Of a stretch of DNA of 64,000 nt, positions 29,531 through 40,909 are shown one piece after another. The notes under the pieces are model-generated. The model was not told the origin of the DNA, did not search any database, and was given only the letters and a program-made list of their open reading frames with translations. Position 1 is the first letter of the stretch. Every line of letters begins with the position of its first letter. Source of the stretch: Trypanosoma brucei (lineage: Eukaryota); assembly GCA_000002445.1 (NCBI GenBank), contig CP000071.1:192001-256000 (forward strand), written 5' to 3'. The position numbers and the translations under genes were made by a program.

Positions 29531-31043
29531 TCACTCGCACACTCCGTCTATCTCCTTTTATTCAGCCAAGTTGTTTGTTACTCAACTAAAAGCCCTTCCG
29601 GGCCCACTCAAACAATCGGGGTAAAACGTGGGGTTGCCTCCCCTCCCTTCTCCCCTTTCCCTTCCCTTTCTCCTCACAAGTATTTCTTTTACTATAATAT
29701 TTCTCTTTTTTTTAGGGGGTGGATTGGTCCCGTTTCTTCCGCCTTCACTTCTTTCTTAAATATCTCCCCTCCCACCACTATTGATGATGGCGTGAGGCTA
29801 CTGACCATTACACCACAAGTGATACGAAACAAAAAGAAAGCAAGCGAATAAAAATACGGAAGTGCACCAAAGAAAGAAAGGTCGGCAAGTCATACAGCAG
29901 CTGGTAAGAATGAAAGGGGTAGTGGAATGTAGACATTGATTTTACCGCAACAACAACAAAAAAATGGGGGAAAAGGGATCGGTGATTAAATTAATAAAAG
30001 AAGATCGGGTTCGTAAAAAAGTAAAAAACACACCGGTGAAGTGTGCTGTGCCAAGGCCAGCGAAGACGTGAGGGGTGAAAGCTCAACGCAGTGGGGCGAC
30101 GGCACGCACGCGCTCATGCGATACGGAGCTGAGATGCTCATTTTTTCATTTTTAAGGCCTCTCTAGAAATACATAAAAAAACGTACATATACACGCACAC
30201 ATTTTAACCCAAATAACGCAGTTCCACTTCCGATATAGAGATGTGGTGTGGAGAGAAAAAAACGCAGAAGATTTCTCAAATTGTGAAATTCGTGAGAAAC
30301 GGGGGTTAGTTAGTCACTTTTGCAGTCAGAGCAATACATAGTGGAAAGTAAGGGAAGAAAAAGAAAATACTACCAGCAGCGTGTGGCATTTTTAATGGCA
30401 TTGCTTTCCCACGAACACACTCTTCACAGAGGAATGCATGTTCCATGTATATGAATTGCATCAAAACTCAATTGGTTTGCTTGCTACAGCAAACAAAACG
30501 TGTCGCGTTATGATCCCCCGCCCCCCATTCCCCTTTAATTTTTAATTTACCTCCCTAAATTTCCAAACCTCTCGCACACACCTTAAAAATGGTGTTCCTC
30601 CTACGCGTTAAGAAACGCGAAGTGCACAACGTAACCCGGAATGTCCACGAACAAAGCAGAAAAAAGCGACTGCACTGATCATTTTTGTTTGTTTAAAAAT
30701 GTTAACTTCCCCCCTTGCAGCCTCCAAGTACACGCACACATGGCATGTTGTTTTTTCTGTATGAGACAGTTCGTCCACATGTTTAGAAGTAAACCGAAGT
30801 AGAGGAAGAAGCAAGTAAGAATAAAATAGCAAAAAAAAAATTAAACATTAAAAGCAAACAAGACATCAGAGAAGATGCCAGAAGGCAAAAAAGAAAAAAA
30901 AGATGTGCCTTTACAACAATCACCCGCTCCCTTTCAGCGCCCGCCGGTCGACATCCCCTTTGAAGAGATAAAAAGACAATATGAATTAAATTAAAACATT
31001 ATTAAACCAAATTTGACTATAGCAAAACACTAATCGCGTTGAA

Positions 31044-34000
31044 CTAGACAAGGTACTTTGGCATCTTCATGAGGGGCATAATCAATTCAATCTCCTTTGG
31101 TGTAAAGGATTCACGGTGGTACAACTCCCATCCATTAGCATGAGCCTTCCACCACTGCTCAAATGCTACTTTCACCTCCCGCTGCACCTCAGCCATGGCG
31201 TCGTGCTCTAAAGGAGCTAACTTGCGCATGAGAAACTTTACATGTGGTGTAATGGGGCCAACATCTGAAGAAAGGAATGCACACAGACAGCGTACAAGCG
31301 CTGCACGGCGTCGCTTCCGATTATTTTCCCTTTCTATTACAGCTGGGAGTGGTTCTTCTGCGACACCACCGGTGTCTCGATCTGAAGAAATCGAATATTC
31401 CTGCAATTCTTTGGCACACTGCTGTACGAGCGAATTAATTTGCTCTATAGATGCCACCCTGGAAAGAACTGCCAAAAGAGAACGGGTGTTGGCACGAAGA
31501 TCCCCATCACCGTGTGACATGCACCCCACGCAGGCACTGAACACACTACGCATGGTCTCATACTTTCCAATTCGATGAAGGTTCATAAGCAACATCTGAT
31601 AAAATGCGCGAGTAAGAACAACCTTCGCTCTCCGCGTCTTCCCAAAAGGGTAATTTCCCTCCAGGACATCGCATAAAAACTTGACTACTGACTGGATCAC
31701 ATCCTTCCGCTGCCGTGACAAAGCGAAAGAACTTAGAGTTGACAGTGCTACTGTTTCAAAATCGTCATTATCGAGTGAAGCGCCGTCCAGAGCTGTAGTT
31801 GCAGTTGTTATTGCCTCCATCCACATCACACTAAATAACTCAGGCGGTGGACTGTGCCACATGGAGGTTAATGTCTTTAACCCAGCCTGTTCAGCGGTTG
31901 TTGAAACATCACTGGTGTTGCCGTGGTTTTTGTTGTCAGATGCCACTGGGTGCTTGTTTACCACCAACATATCTTCATTCGCATTGACAGCGGTAATACA
32001 TGTTGTTGCCACCTGAAAAGGGAAACCAGAGTTTAATACCGTCGGGGGGTAGCATACCTGCAACCTGACGATACAATTGAGCTGACGAAGAAAGTCCAAA
32101 ACAACACTCTGCGCCGAATTGTTAGAAGGAATGTATTTACTTTGATACAGAGAGAGACGCAAAAGATACCTTAGTGAAGTCGCAGCGTAGTGACGAATCT
32201 CGTTTGAATCACTAAACAGAAATATTTTTTTCCGGTCCAAAATGCACCGACACAACTTAGGCAGCAGCACGATGTTAACATCAGCGGCAAACACGTCCAG
32301 CAGCTTCGTGATGACGTGAAGCGCCCGTAATATGCCTCTTTTCACGCCAGTAAATGCCACTTTGATGTTTGCCTCTACGCTATCTGAATCACGTACCCCC
32401 GAGGTCACATTCACGGGGGAGCCGGAACCATCATCCAGTGGTGTCAGCATGTCAAAGAAGGGTTCGTACATTGACCAAACATCATGGGTTTTCACCTTAC
32501 CGTACAGTGCACCAAGACCTGAAATGAAACTCATGAGCACCGTATGTGACAAGAGGATGTTACTGCATGCTTGTAGCAGCATACTGACATAGCAATCGAG
32601 CGCCTCCCGACGAAGTTTAGGGTTTCTTTTGGAGAGACAAATTGCAGCAACGATTACGTCAACAAGGCACGGAAGCTCCTGAGGGTATTCTTTGCTTCTG
32701 TTACTCTCGCTTTGCACAAGCTTCATGTAGTCACTAAACCAAAGGTACGCAACCTGTATGTACCTTTTCACAGTCTCTTCAACTCCTGCGGCTTCACCTA
32801 AAGACCTCCACATAGACGCCAGTCCCACTGAAAACGAGGTTTGATCACGATTTGCTAGCAGCACGTTCCACACCCAAGTCCCTCGGATTCTCTTCTCGAT
32901 GGCAGCCTCGTTGACTAAGACTTTTCCCACCGAATCGTCGGTGTCTGATGCCTGTTCCTGAGCACCTTTCGACGTGTTTTCGTTATCGTCCAAAATTCCC
33001 GCCAACTTAGAAATCAAATTTTTCAGCCCCTGCCGCACCATCCTTCTCTCCGCCAAATCCTTCTCTTCATGACAGGTGGTAAAAGATTGCATGCGCAACC
33101 TTAACCCAGGCACCTCATTGTCAGGTACAGTAAATACTTCGCCATCGCCAGATATATCTGGGGGAGCGCACGTCCTGTCCACCCGAATGGACTTAGGGGG
33201 GAATACCAACCCCATTTTTCCATGGAGGCTAAAGGAAGTGTGGTTTTCCTGTAAAAATCTGTACCTGTTGCTAAAAAAAGAGGTGGTATCTTCACCTTCC
33301 ATGCTTCCCTTCCGCATCAAAATGTTCACTTTGGGTGTCTTCTCTTTTAACGAATATAGCACCACCCGCAGTACAGAGAACGCCGAGCGACGCGTCTCGG
33401 CACAGATGTCCACTGTAAGTTTGAACAGCGCTGCAATGGAAGCTGGTGAAAGAAGCTCGTAATGTAGTTGGATGTGGTTACAAGAGAGGGTACGCAGCAT
33501 CTGAACAGCAAACGTCGGTGCCGTATGTGAGCACTTCATTGCAAGCGGCAACAGCTCATCTGTAAGACACGCTATCGCCATGGGTTCAATAAGGAATGGA
33601 GTGCACACCTCCGCAGCACGGTCCCCATATAAGGAGCATGCGCTGCCTGTTCGGCGAAGCTGGTCTGGTATTTTTAATCCCACTTCAAACATACGCCGAA
33701 TAAAAGATGCGTCACGCTGATATACGTCCAAGGAAAAACCTATTACTGTTTGCATAATTGCACCACTCAGCGCCTTTCGCAACTGCACAAGAGAACCTTT
33801 CTCGCCTACACCGCTCGTTGCGATATCGTCAGATGCGTTGGCAAGCGCGGAGCCTTTACCGTGGTCATCACTCTTACTCTGACTTGTTTCGGCACCAGTA
33901 CACCCCTCAACAAAAAAAACGTCACATATTTTTGCTGCATCACTGCCACGGTCACCCTCCACGCAGGAATCATTGCCCTCACTGCTACAATTCTCAATTT

Positions 34001-37000
34001 GTAAAATTTCCTCCCCTGGTCCAGTGTGTCCTTCCTTATCACATATGCTGTTCTTCTCTCCACTACAAACATCGCCTTCCTGTCTGACGAAATCGATTAT
34101 ACCCTCCAAAACATCGAAATGGCGCAGGAGAAACTGGCGACAACCATCGAAACCGAGGTATGGCAGATATGTTCTTAGAATGCAAGAGCAATGTTTTCGG
34201 ACATCTGGGTACGGTGAAAACAGCAATGAGTACGCGATAGAGAGGGTGTCACCAAGGTACTGAGGATAAACAACCATTGGATTCTGTTGGCGGCGGCAGT
34301 GGAGGAGATATTCTGATCGCAGTCGCCAGAAAAGGGCTGGAAAATAGAAGCGGTGCCTCTCCGACTCCACTATAATTGCGGAGAAGTGCTTGAATTCCAC
34401 GTCAAAAGGGATGGTGTAATCATTGGGAATGTTTGTTCGGGTGTCTAATCCCATTTCCCGAAAAAAGAGTGTAAGAACGTAGCAAAGCGTATCGACGTCA
34501 ACCCCTTTTGTGTGGGCAACATCCAGCGGCAATTTACCACGTACCAACAAACTTTGATCGCGTCGCAACACGGTAGCAATAACAGCTTCATCAGCCACGC
34601 CACCTGTCACACGTCTCAACACATAATCCAAAAGTAGACTGTGAATGCTCTCCGTTAACCTTGTAGACTTCTCTAGAAGCGATGGGGAAACCTCGTGTAG
34701 GGGCCATGGAGTTTTAGGGTCCTTATAGTGCCATGGCGTCATGTTGGTCTCACCGTCCGTGGCACACTGAACTCGCAGCTCACAGTTAACGGCCCAAACG
34801 GTATCCAACCAGCACACTGCACCGCAAAGCACGTTATGAGGCGTGACGACGTCGTGGCTGCCCTCAGCGTCAGGAGCCGACGGTGCCTGATGTGATACCA
34901 ACTGACGCACTGAATCGTCTACACACCCACCATTTTCCCTCAGACCTTCGTTCACACTATCGTGATGTGAACTAGGGGACAAATGAGGCGGAAGGAATGC
35001 ACGCAGGCCCCGTGCAGCCTCCTTACGACTGGGGACCCTAATGTGCTCGATATTTTGAATAATGTCTGTGAGATCCGTCAGAAACAACTGATAAACCTCA
35101 TGGAGGAACGAAACATGTTCCTCCGATGGTTCCTGCCACACAGGTTCCACATCAAAGTAACGATACAGTCCCATGCTAGATTTATCTTGTTTCTGTTCCG
35201 AGTCGCCCTCAGCGGCACATGACTCTTCCTCCATCATGTGATCGCCCCGTACCAGTGACGAATCCACAGCTCGGACACCGACACACCTGGTTTCAGAAAA
35301 GGCGAAGAAAACAGCCGTGTAAAGTAGGGCAGCGCAGCAGCGCCGCTTTCGATTAGTTATCGAGAAAAGTTGCGCTTGAATGCAGTCCAGCAACTCGTAA
35401 CGATAAGGAAAGCAGGCTAATCCAGCACCGCAAACGCAGCTGGACAATAAAGACGAACACCACAATACCTCCTCGTCGTTGCACGTATTCACATCACTGC
35501 GCAGCGGCGGCAACAACCGTGCAATCGCCCACTTCATCACGCGTTCAGGAGAACGCCGAGCAAGGGGTTCCAGCAGGCAACCTACAGAGGGTACCTGCGA
35601 GTTTTTCACCTGCGTTTCCGCCTCTTTAAGAGCCTTCTTCAAGCAATCACTGTAAGCTTCGTCACTGACATTGTGCGAAAGAGAATCTATAATACTCGCC
35701 AGAACATCCGCGTCACTGTCTTCAGTATCTCCCCGCTTAGCACTATGAAACAGTTGTTCCACAACGCTGACAGCAAACTCACACTCAGCAACTTCACTGC
35801 CCAATAATTCGTCTAGATTTAAAACAGTAAAGACGGCAAACAAGAACTCTCGCACACTATTAGAAAGTTGAATACTACTGCAATTTATCCACTGCGGTAC
35901 TAGTGGAAGTATCTCACTGAGGAACGTCCGACAACTCTCCCGGGTCTCACTGCATTCACTAAATGGCAAAAGGGTCTTCGTAAATAACTTGAGGGCCACA
36001 GAGCACTGTAGGGGTGACTCCAAGCATCCACGAATTCCAGCTTCAACGTACTTGAAGGCAGGTGGTTGCATAATTTTGGGTGAAAGAAGCGTAAGTAACC
36101 CCACTGCATTTATAATAGAGTGGTGGCCGTGGTATAACGCGGGGATAATCGCGGGGGCCACAATCTCGACAAGGGAATCGACGGTCTCCCGCTTCCAACG
36201 ATATCCATTAATGACAAAACCATTTCCTGGATCTTTCTCACCCGTTAGCAACCAACTGTGCTTGTGCTTCACCCGCAAGTAAGCGGTTTCCAGGAAGGTG
36301 TTGTAAAACGACAACAAGTGCCCCAGTGCTCTACTATCAACGGCACAAGGTGTAAGAAAAACACTGGTTGAAGACACAAACCGACGCAGCTGATTCCATA
36401 GTGGTGAGGTGGTACAGCAAGGTAGTGCCTCACTAATGCGCCCGACAATCTTCATAAACCGACCTTGACTAACTTCCAGCACTTTGCGGCCGCCAAAAGA
36501 CCATGCAGATGAAACGAGGCGCTCCGGCTTATCATTGCTACTAATGGGCGGTCTCATTACGCTCAATATCATACTGAACAATGTTTCCGCGTATTCATCA
36601 AGGTCCATGATTCCAGCACGCTCTCGACAGATCTTAAACACAATGTCCAGCGAAACCATGAGCCAACTCCCTGACCTCTGCTGCCAATAACGTGCATCCA
36701 CAAGCAAGAAACGCACAATACGCTCCGTCATAGGCAGCGCTCTTCCCGTTACACGATCATAAGTAGCATGAATTGGTAGAAGAATATATAAAAACCACAG
36801 CGCCTGCACCGCCTGCTCACTGTCTTGGGAGAAATAAGGCGCACAAATCTCCCACAACCCATTTAGGGATTCGCCATCAAAGTGCAATGAGGCACACCAG
36901 CACAAATTTGCTAGTATTTCAGCAACTTCTGCTTTTACATGGGTGTAGAACCGAATACGAGACAACCGTGATGATTCGAAAACAAGTGAGTGAACGATAT

Positions 37001-37637
37001 CCACGAGCGGTTTCCACGGAAGGGAAAACCCGGGGTGCTTCAATGCATATTTGCGTCGCCCACGAACAACTGAGCAAAAGCAACTCACAACAGAACTCCA
37101 CGCGCTCACGTTACGAATCATGAAGTCCCAGTTCACAATCCACGTATAGAGAAAGATTACGACGTTGCGTTGCACGTCGCGAGGGAGGTTGTACGAGAAA
37201 TTTTTATTTGTAAATGTCCTCCTAAAGTATGTGCAACGACACACTAATTCGTCTTCGGCATCGGACCAGTCACTGTACTCGTTCCGTGGGGAGCTGCATA
37301 TAGGCACGAGTGGAACAGGAGTTCCCGTGCCATCAGCGACGCCAAAGCGTGAGCAGGATGATCCCTTCTCTCCGTGTTCACCCCGCTGCTCGTCCACGTT
37401 GTTAGAATTAATTCTACCCGCAACCTCCTCTGGAGTTCCGAATGCCAGCAGTAATAGCATGCCCTTTTCTATAGCCATGCGGTCCTCACGCTCAATCGCC
37501 TCTCGTAGGCGGGGATGCGTGCAACGGTCTAAATACGGCAACAGCCACTGCTCTTGTAGGTTTCTCTTCTTTGAAACATCTGTCGCGTCACCCACGGCCA
37601 ATGAAACCTCCGCGGAGGATCTCTCATCGCTTTGCAT
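31044..37637 (-). CDS. Very large (about 2197 aa) hypothetical protein, probably an alpha-helical HEAT/ARM-like repeat scaffold. The track ORF extends to 37826, but the first ATG after the minus-strand pyrimidine tract / AG is at 37635-37637 (MQSDERSS...).
   Basis: 6.6-kb uninterrupted minus ORF. The sequence is leucine-rich and helical in character throughout (…LLLAFGTPEEVAG…, …ALYHGHHSIINAVGLLTLLSPKIMQ…, …LRYLLRLSLYQSKYIP…) with no catalytic motif visible. The C-terminus ends …IELIMPLMKMPKYLV. Confidence 0.7.
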   Translation of the reverse strand: MQSDERSSAEVSLAVGDATDVSKKRNLQEQWLLPYLDRCTHPRLREAIEREDRMAIEKGMLLLLAFGTPEEVAGRINSNNVDEQRGEHGEKGSSCSRFGVADGTGTPVPLVPICSSPRNEYSDWSDAEDELVCRCTYFRRTFTNKNFSYNLPRDVQRNVVIFLYTWIVNWDFMIRNVSAWSSVVSCFCSVVRGRRKYALKHPGFSLPWKPLVDIVHSLVFESSRLSRIRFYTHVKAEVAEILANLCWCASLHFDGESLNGLWEICAPYFSQDSEQAVQALWFLYILLPIHATYDRVTGRALPMTERIVRFLLVDARYWQQRSGSWLMVSLDIVFKICRERAGIMDLDEYAETLFSMILSVMRPPISSNDKPERLVSSAWSFGGRKVLEVSQGRFMKIVGRISEALPCCTTSPLWNQLRRFVSSTSVFLTPCAVDSRALGHLLSFYNTFLETAYLRVKHKHSWLLTGEKDPGNGFVINGYRWKRETVDSLVEIVAPAIIPALYHGHHSIINAVGLLTLLSPKIMQPPAFKYVEAGIRGCLESPLQCSVALKLFTKTLLPFSECSETRESCRTFLSEILPLVPQWINCSSIQLSNSVREFLFAVFTVLNLDELLGSEVAECEFAVSVVEQLFHSAKRGDTEDSDADVLASIIDSLSHNVSDEAYSDCLKKALKEAETQVKNSQVPSVGCLLEPLARRSPERVMKWAIARLLPPLRSDVNTCNDEEVLWCSSLLSSCVCGAGLACFPYRYELLDCIQAQLFSITNRKRRCCAALLYTAVFFAFSETRCVGVRAVDSSLVRGDHMMEEESCAAEGDSEQKQDKSSMGLYRYFDVEPVWQEPSEEHVSFLHEVYQLFLTDLTDIIQNIEHIRVPSRKEAARGLRAFLPPHLSPSSHHDSVNEGLRENGGCVDDSVRQLVSHQAPSAPDAEGSHDVVTPHNVLCGAVCWLDTVWAVNCELRVQCATDGETNMTPWHYKDPKTPWPLHEVSPSLLEKSTRLTESIHSLLLDYVLRRVTGGVADEAVIATVLRRDQSLLVRGKLPLDVAHTKGVDVDTLCYVLTLFFREMGLDTRTNIPNDYTIPFDVEFKHFSAIIVESERHRFYFPALFWRLRSEYLLHCRRQQNPMVVYPQYLGDTLSIAYSLLFSPYPDVRKHCSCILRTYLPYLGFDGCRQFLLRHFDVLEGIIDFVRQEGDVCSGEKNSICDKEGHTGPGEEILQIENCSSEGNDSCVEGDRGSDAAKICDVFFVEGCTGAETSQSKSDDHGKGSALANASDDIATSGVGEKGSLVQLRKALSGAIMQTVIGFSLDVYQRDASFIRRMFEVGLKIPDQLRRTGSACSLYGDRAAEVCTPFLIEPMAIACLTDELLPLAMKCSHTAPTFAVQMLRTLSCNHIQLHYELLSPASIAALFKLTVDICAETRRSAFSVLRVVLYSLKEKTPKVNILMRKGSMEGEDTTSFFSNRYRFLQENHTSFSLHGKMGLVFPPKSIRVDRTCAPPDISGDGEVFTVPDNEVPGLRLRMQSFTTCHEEKDLAERRMVRQGLKNLISKLAGILDDNENTSKGAQEQASDTDDSVGKVLVNEAAIEKRIRGTWVWNVLLANRDQTSFSVGLASMWRSLGEAAGVEETVKRYIQVAYLWFSDYMKLVQSESNRSKEYPQELPCLVDVIVAAICLSKRNPKLRREALDCYVSMLLQACSNILLSHTVLMSFISGLGALYGKVKTHDVWSMYEPFFDMLTPLDDGSGSPVNVTSGVRDSDSVEANIKVAFTGVKRGILRALHVITKLLDVFAADVNIVLLPKLCRCILDRKKIFLFSDSNEIRHYAATSLRYLLRLSLYQSKYIPSNNSAQSVVLDFLRQLNCIVRLQVCYPPTVLNSGFPFQVATTCITAVNANEDMLVVNKHPVASDNKNHGNTSDVSTTAEQAGLKTLTSMWHSPPPELFSVMWMEAITTATTALDGASLDNDDFETVALSTLSSFALSRQRKDVIQSVVKFLCDVLEGNYPFGKTRRAKVVLTRAFYQMLLMNLHRIGKYETMRSVFSACVGCMSHGDGDLRANTRSLLAVLSRVASIEQINSLVQQCAKELQEYSISSDRDTGGVAEEPLPAVIERENNRKRRRAALVRCLCAFLSSDVGPITPHVKFLMRKLAPLEHDAMAEVQREVKVAFEQWWKAHANGWELYHRESFTPKEIELIMPLMKMPKYLV

Positions 37638-39907
37638 CAACAAAAGGCAGCCAAAATTTCCACGCACAATCGATAAATAATACCACACAAACAAACAAAG
37701 ATTTGTCCCAAGTGCTAAAAACCTTGCGTCTACCTCTGCAGAAGAGTGACGCGAAGCGTGCCTAGGAGTTTTTTTTTTTTTTAAAGGGCGGTTTCCAGTA
37801 AATTTCTGCCAATACTTGTTTTCCACCTTTGATTTGTTACTAATTATCTTCTTTCCGGTTACCTCCCCTTCTTAGTCTACTACACACCTAACGATGGTGG
37901 TTTTATAGCTTTTTGATGATTGGATGAATTTCCCTTTGATTCTTTTCACTAACTAACAAATGTGCGTGTTGCAACTACCCTTTTTTGCCTTCTTGTCCTT
38001 CCCTTTGCTATTTTCTCTTTCGTATGGGCTAACTACTTTCACTGTTCGGTGTTTCTTTACTTTCCTCTCTACTTCTTTCCCTATCCTTCTTTTATTTCTT
38101 ATAGATGCTTCTTTTTTTTTTTAAGCTTTCTCTCCTTCTTATCACTGTTGTCGTTATTGTACTACTGTGATTCTTGCAATTACGATAGAAAATCTCTGCA
38201 GTTCTTATTTCCTTTTTTTTTCCCCCTCTCTTTGTGCACCTCACCCGTGCGAGTGTTAATTACTGTACGAATTTACGAGCAACTCCCCCTTCTCGTCACT
38301 GTCGCGATATAAGGACTTGAGTATAAATAATCAGCAGTAACAAAACAAAATTTGGTAAATAGAATACCTCGGGAGGTTAACTTCGGAAGTTTTCTTAAAA
38401 AAAAAAAGAACGGCAAATTACTGATGCTACAGAATGTTTTTCGTTTTATGTGCGCCTCTCAGTGCAGTTTTTGATTCGTATGTTAATTAATCTTCTTTAT
38501 TCCCTCTTCTGTTTTTCGTCAAATTAATGGAAATATGTATAAATGTGTTTGGTTTCACACCTTGTTGTATATCCGTACCTGTGCTTGGATGGAAGCAGAA
38601 AGGTTAAATCAAATTTACGAAAATAAACGTTGTCACTCCTTTTTTTCCTTCACCGTTTTGATTCCCTCCTCCTTTACAAAACACTGTTATATGAAGTTAT
38701 TAGAGTCTTATTCAGCTCTTTTCTTTGTAAGTTATTGTATTTTTTGCTCGGTTTTCTTTTTCTTCGTTCAGCTCAGAACTTTTGCTGTTTTCTTTTTTTT
38801 TGTGTGTGTGTGTGTTTCGGGTGGACAAACTGTTTCTCTTTTCCTGCTTTCCTTTTTTTTTTAACCGTAAACGTCCTCAAGCATAACACAGAGCGAGCTT
38901 CTTTACACTCCTGTACTTTCCTCACCTTCTTTTTTTTTCAACTAAGTTTCTTTGATGATCTTTGCCTTCCTTGCCGTTGTTGGTTTTGTTTCCCTTGTTA
39001 GTTCTTTTATATCCATTGAAGTGCCACAATAGTGGGCGGTAAGGTGAAAAATAATAAAAAAAAGAAGACGGAAGAAGAGTAGGCAAATGAATGACGAAGC
39101 AAATAAGCAACAAGGGATTAATTAGAGTCAGCAGGGAAAGGAGGATAAAAGAAGTGGGGAAAATAAGCGGCAGAAGCCCCACAGTGAAACAAAAATACAT
39201 ATGAAGGAAGTGTAGGGAGAAAGGGAGTTAAAAGAGGAGCGGGAGATTTAGCAAAGCGGAAAGTTATGCGATGACGGAACGCAACTCCACTTCCCTGGGG
39301 TTGCCGCACCATTAAATTCATGTAAGCGCTAAATTGGCCCGGGGAGTGACGCCACGTAGCAGTAAAAATACGAAACAGATATAAGAAAAAACTGAGAGAA
39401 ATGACGGCAAACAAAAGAGCCGTTCAGGTTTCCTTTTCCTTATATGTTCCTCGTCGGTCCCTACCTTACATAATGAGTGTGCTACTTTCCACCTTACGTA
39501 CATACACCAGCAACCACAAACATATGCATACCATATATGTGTATAAATAAACATATGCATGATCTTTCTTTTAGTCCCCTCCCCTTCTTCCGCTATCTAA
39601 GAAGACTGCAACACGCAACATGTGCAAGGAAACGGAAAGGTGGGGACGGGAAACCGGAAGAAAAAGAGACGCGGATTCGGGGCCTCACCATATGTAAACC
39701 ATCTAATTACGCAATTGGGCGTCGCAGCCCATAGCGAACCGACCCCTCCGCCACAACATCCATTCTGTACACATAAAAACATCCACCGCGGTCAACCAAG
39801 GACATAATTCTTATCCATGAAGAAAGAAAACATGCGAACACACACACACACATGCAAAACACAACAGAACACACGAGATTACCAGCCCTCTCTATTCAGC
39901 CACTCCA

Positions 39908-40909
39908 TTACGGAAGGAGAAAGCAAACCTCAAAGTCCCGCTCCCCACTGCCGCAGTATACCTGTCCACAGTCTTTAGAACCTGGGCGATACCAAAAGAG
40001 TGAGCCAGGGTACAATAAATTCTCCACAGTCACAATGCTGGCGGTAGGCTCGTACTTAACGACCCACACACCCCGCGGTTCATCATCTGTGATGGGCGAG
40101 AGGCGGTCCGTCACGCTACTGTATGTTGGGCCATACAAGATGCGATTACGCTCCGGGTTGCCGGCATGGAAGACGCGTAAATAGCACGATGGTTTCATTG
40201 CATGACGCGTCGGTTGTCCAGCGAAGAGGGTGTTCTTTTCAACATCGCCCGCAGGTGTAAAGACGTACTGGCCACGTACAATTAGGGAGCACGCTCTATC
40301 GTGTAGTCCGATGAAATGCGCTAAACGAATGGTCTCGGGCACCGCCACAATCATAAATTTTGGTCGCTTCTTTCTTGGTGGTTCCTCTTCAACCTCCTCC
40401 TCCTCCTCCTCCAATTCTCCCTCGTCCTGTTCCTCTTCTTCTTCCTCCTCTTCCTCCTCCATATCTTCTTCATTTTCCTCGCCTTCCCCACCATACTTCT
40501 CTTTTGCATCCTTCAGTAAATCCTCCGCATCAGGTACTTTTACCTCTGGTTCAGGTTCGGGAGGAATGTCACGACGCACCTTGTAGAGGAACGAAGGATC
40601 GCCAATGTAAACCCCGCGAAGTTGATCGCAAAAAGCCACCTGGTCCTCCGAGAGGGTCTCTAACACCCGCCACGACGTTCCGCCATCAACGCTGAAGAAA
40701 GAGTGACGAGCGCCAAACAAACCATTTGGCATCACTTGCGCAACAAGGTAATCCCCTCGCACACCGGTAACCTTTCCCCAGAACTGCACAGGGAGGTTAT
40801 ATTTGAGAGCAAGGAGCGGTAGAGAAGACTGTAGAGCCGCGCGCTCCGCCGTGCTTAATGCCTTGCCCACATATGGAAGGCCAAATATACAATCGGAAAC
40901 AGATGACAT
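39908..40909 (-). CDS. RSP9: Radial spoke head protein 9 (RSP9/RSPH9) homolog with a lineage-specific poly-Glu insertion. The likely start is ATG 40907-40909 (MSSVSD...).
   Basis: It is colinear with human RSPH9. LPLLALKYNLPVQFWGKVTGVRGDYLVAQ aligns with LMLVKRDYRYDRVLFWGRILGLVADYYIAQ. IRLAHFIGLHDRACSLIVRGQYVFTPAGDV aligns with TRLVSVIDQIDKAVAIIPRGALFKTPFGPT. EPRGVWVVKYEPTASIVTVENLLYPGSLFWYRPGSKDCGQVYCGSGERDFEVCFLL aligns with IPKGSWSIQMERGNALVVLRSLLWPGLTFYHAPRTKNYGYVYVGTGEKNMDLPFML. An acidic insert EEDMEEEEEEEEEEQDEGELEEEEEEVEEE sits in the middle. Confidence 0.85.
   Translation of the reverse strand: MSSVSDCIFGLPYVGKALSTAERAALQSSLPLLALKYNLPVQFWGKVTGVRGDYLVAQVMPNGLFGARHSFFSVDGGTSWRVLETLSEDQVAFCDQLRGVYIGDPSFLYKVRRDIPPEPEPEVKVPDAEDLLKDAKEKYGGEGEENEEDMEEEEEEEEEEQDEGELEEEEEEVEEEPPRKKRPKFMIVAVPETIRLAHFIGLHDRACSLIVRGQYVFTPAGDVEKNTLFAGQPTRHAMKPSCYLRVFHAGNPERNRILYGPTYSSVTDRLSPITDDEPRGVWVVKYEPTASIVTVENLLYPGSLFWYRPGSKDCGQVYCGSGERDFEVCFLLP

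Noticed and set aside
37638-37826. N-terminal 63 codons of the 2260-aa track ORF (MENKYWQKFTGNRPLKKKKTPRH...)
   Set aside because: This segment is a translation through the poly-A/poly-T spacer and the pyrimidine tract upstream of the probable splice acceptor. The start is more likely ATG 37635-37637. The same reasoning applies to the 1404-aa ORF (8618-8698) and the RSP9 ORF (40910-40975).
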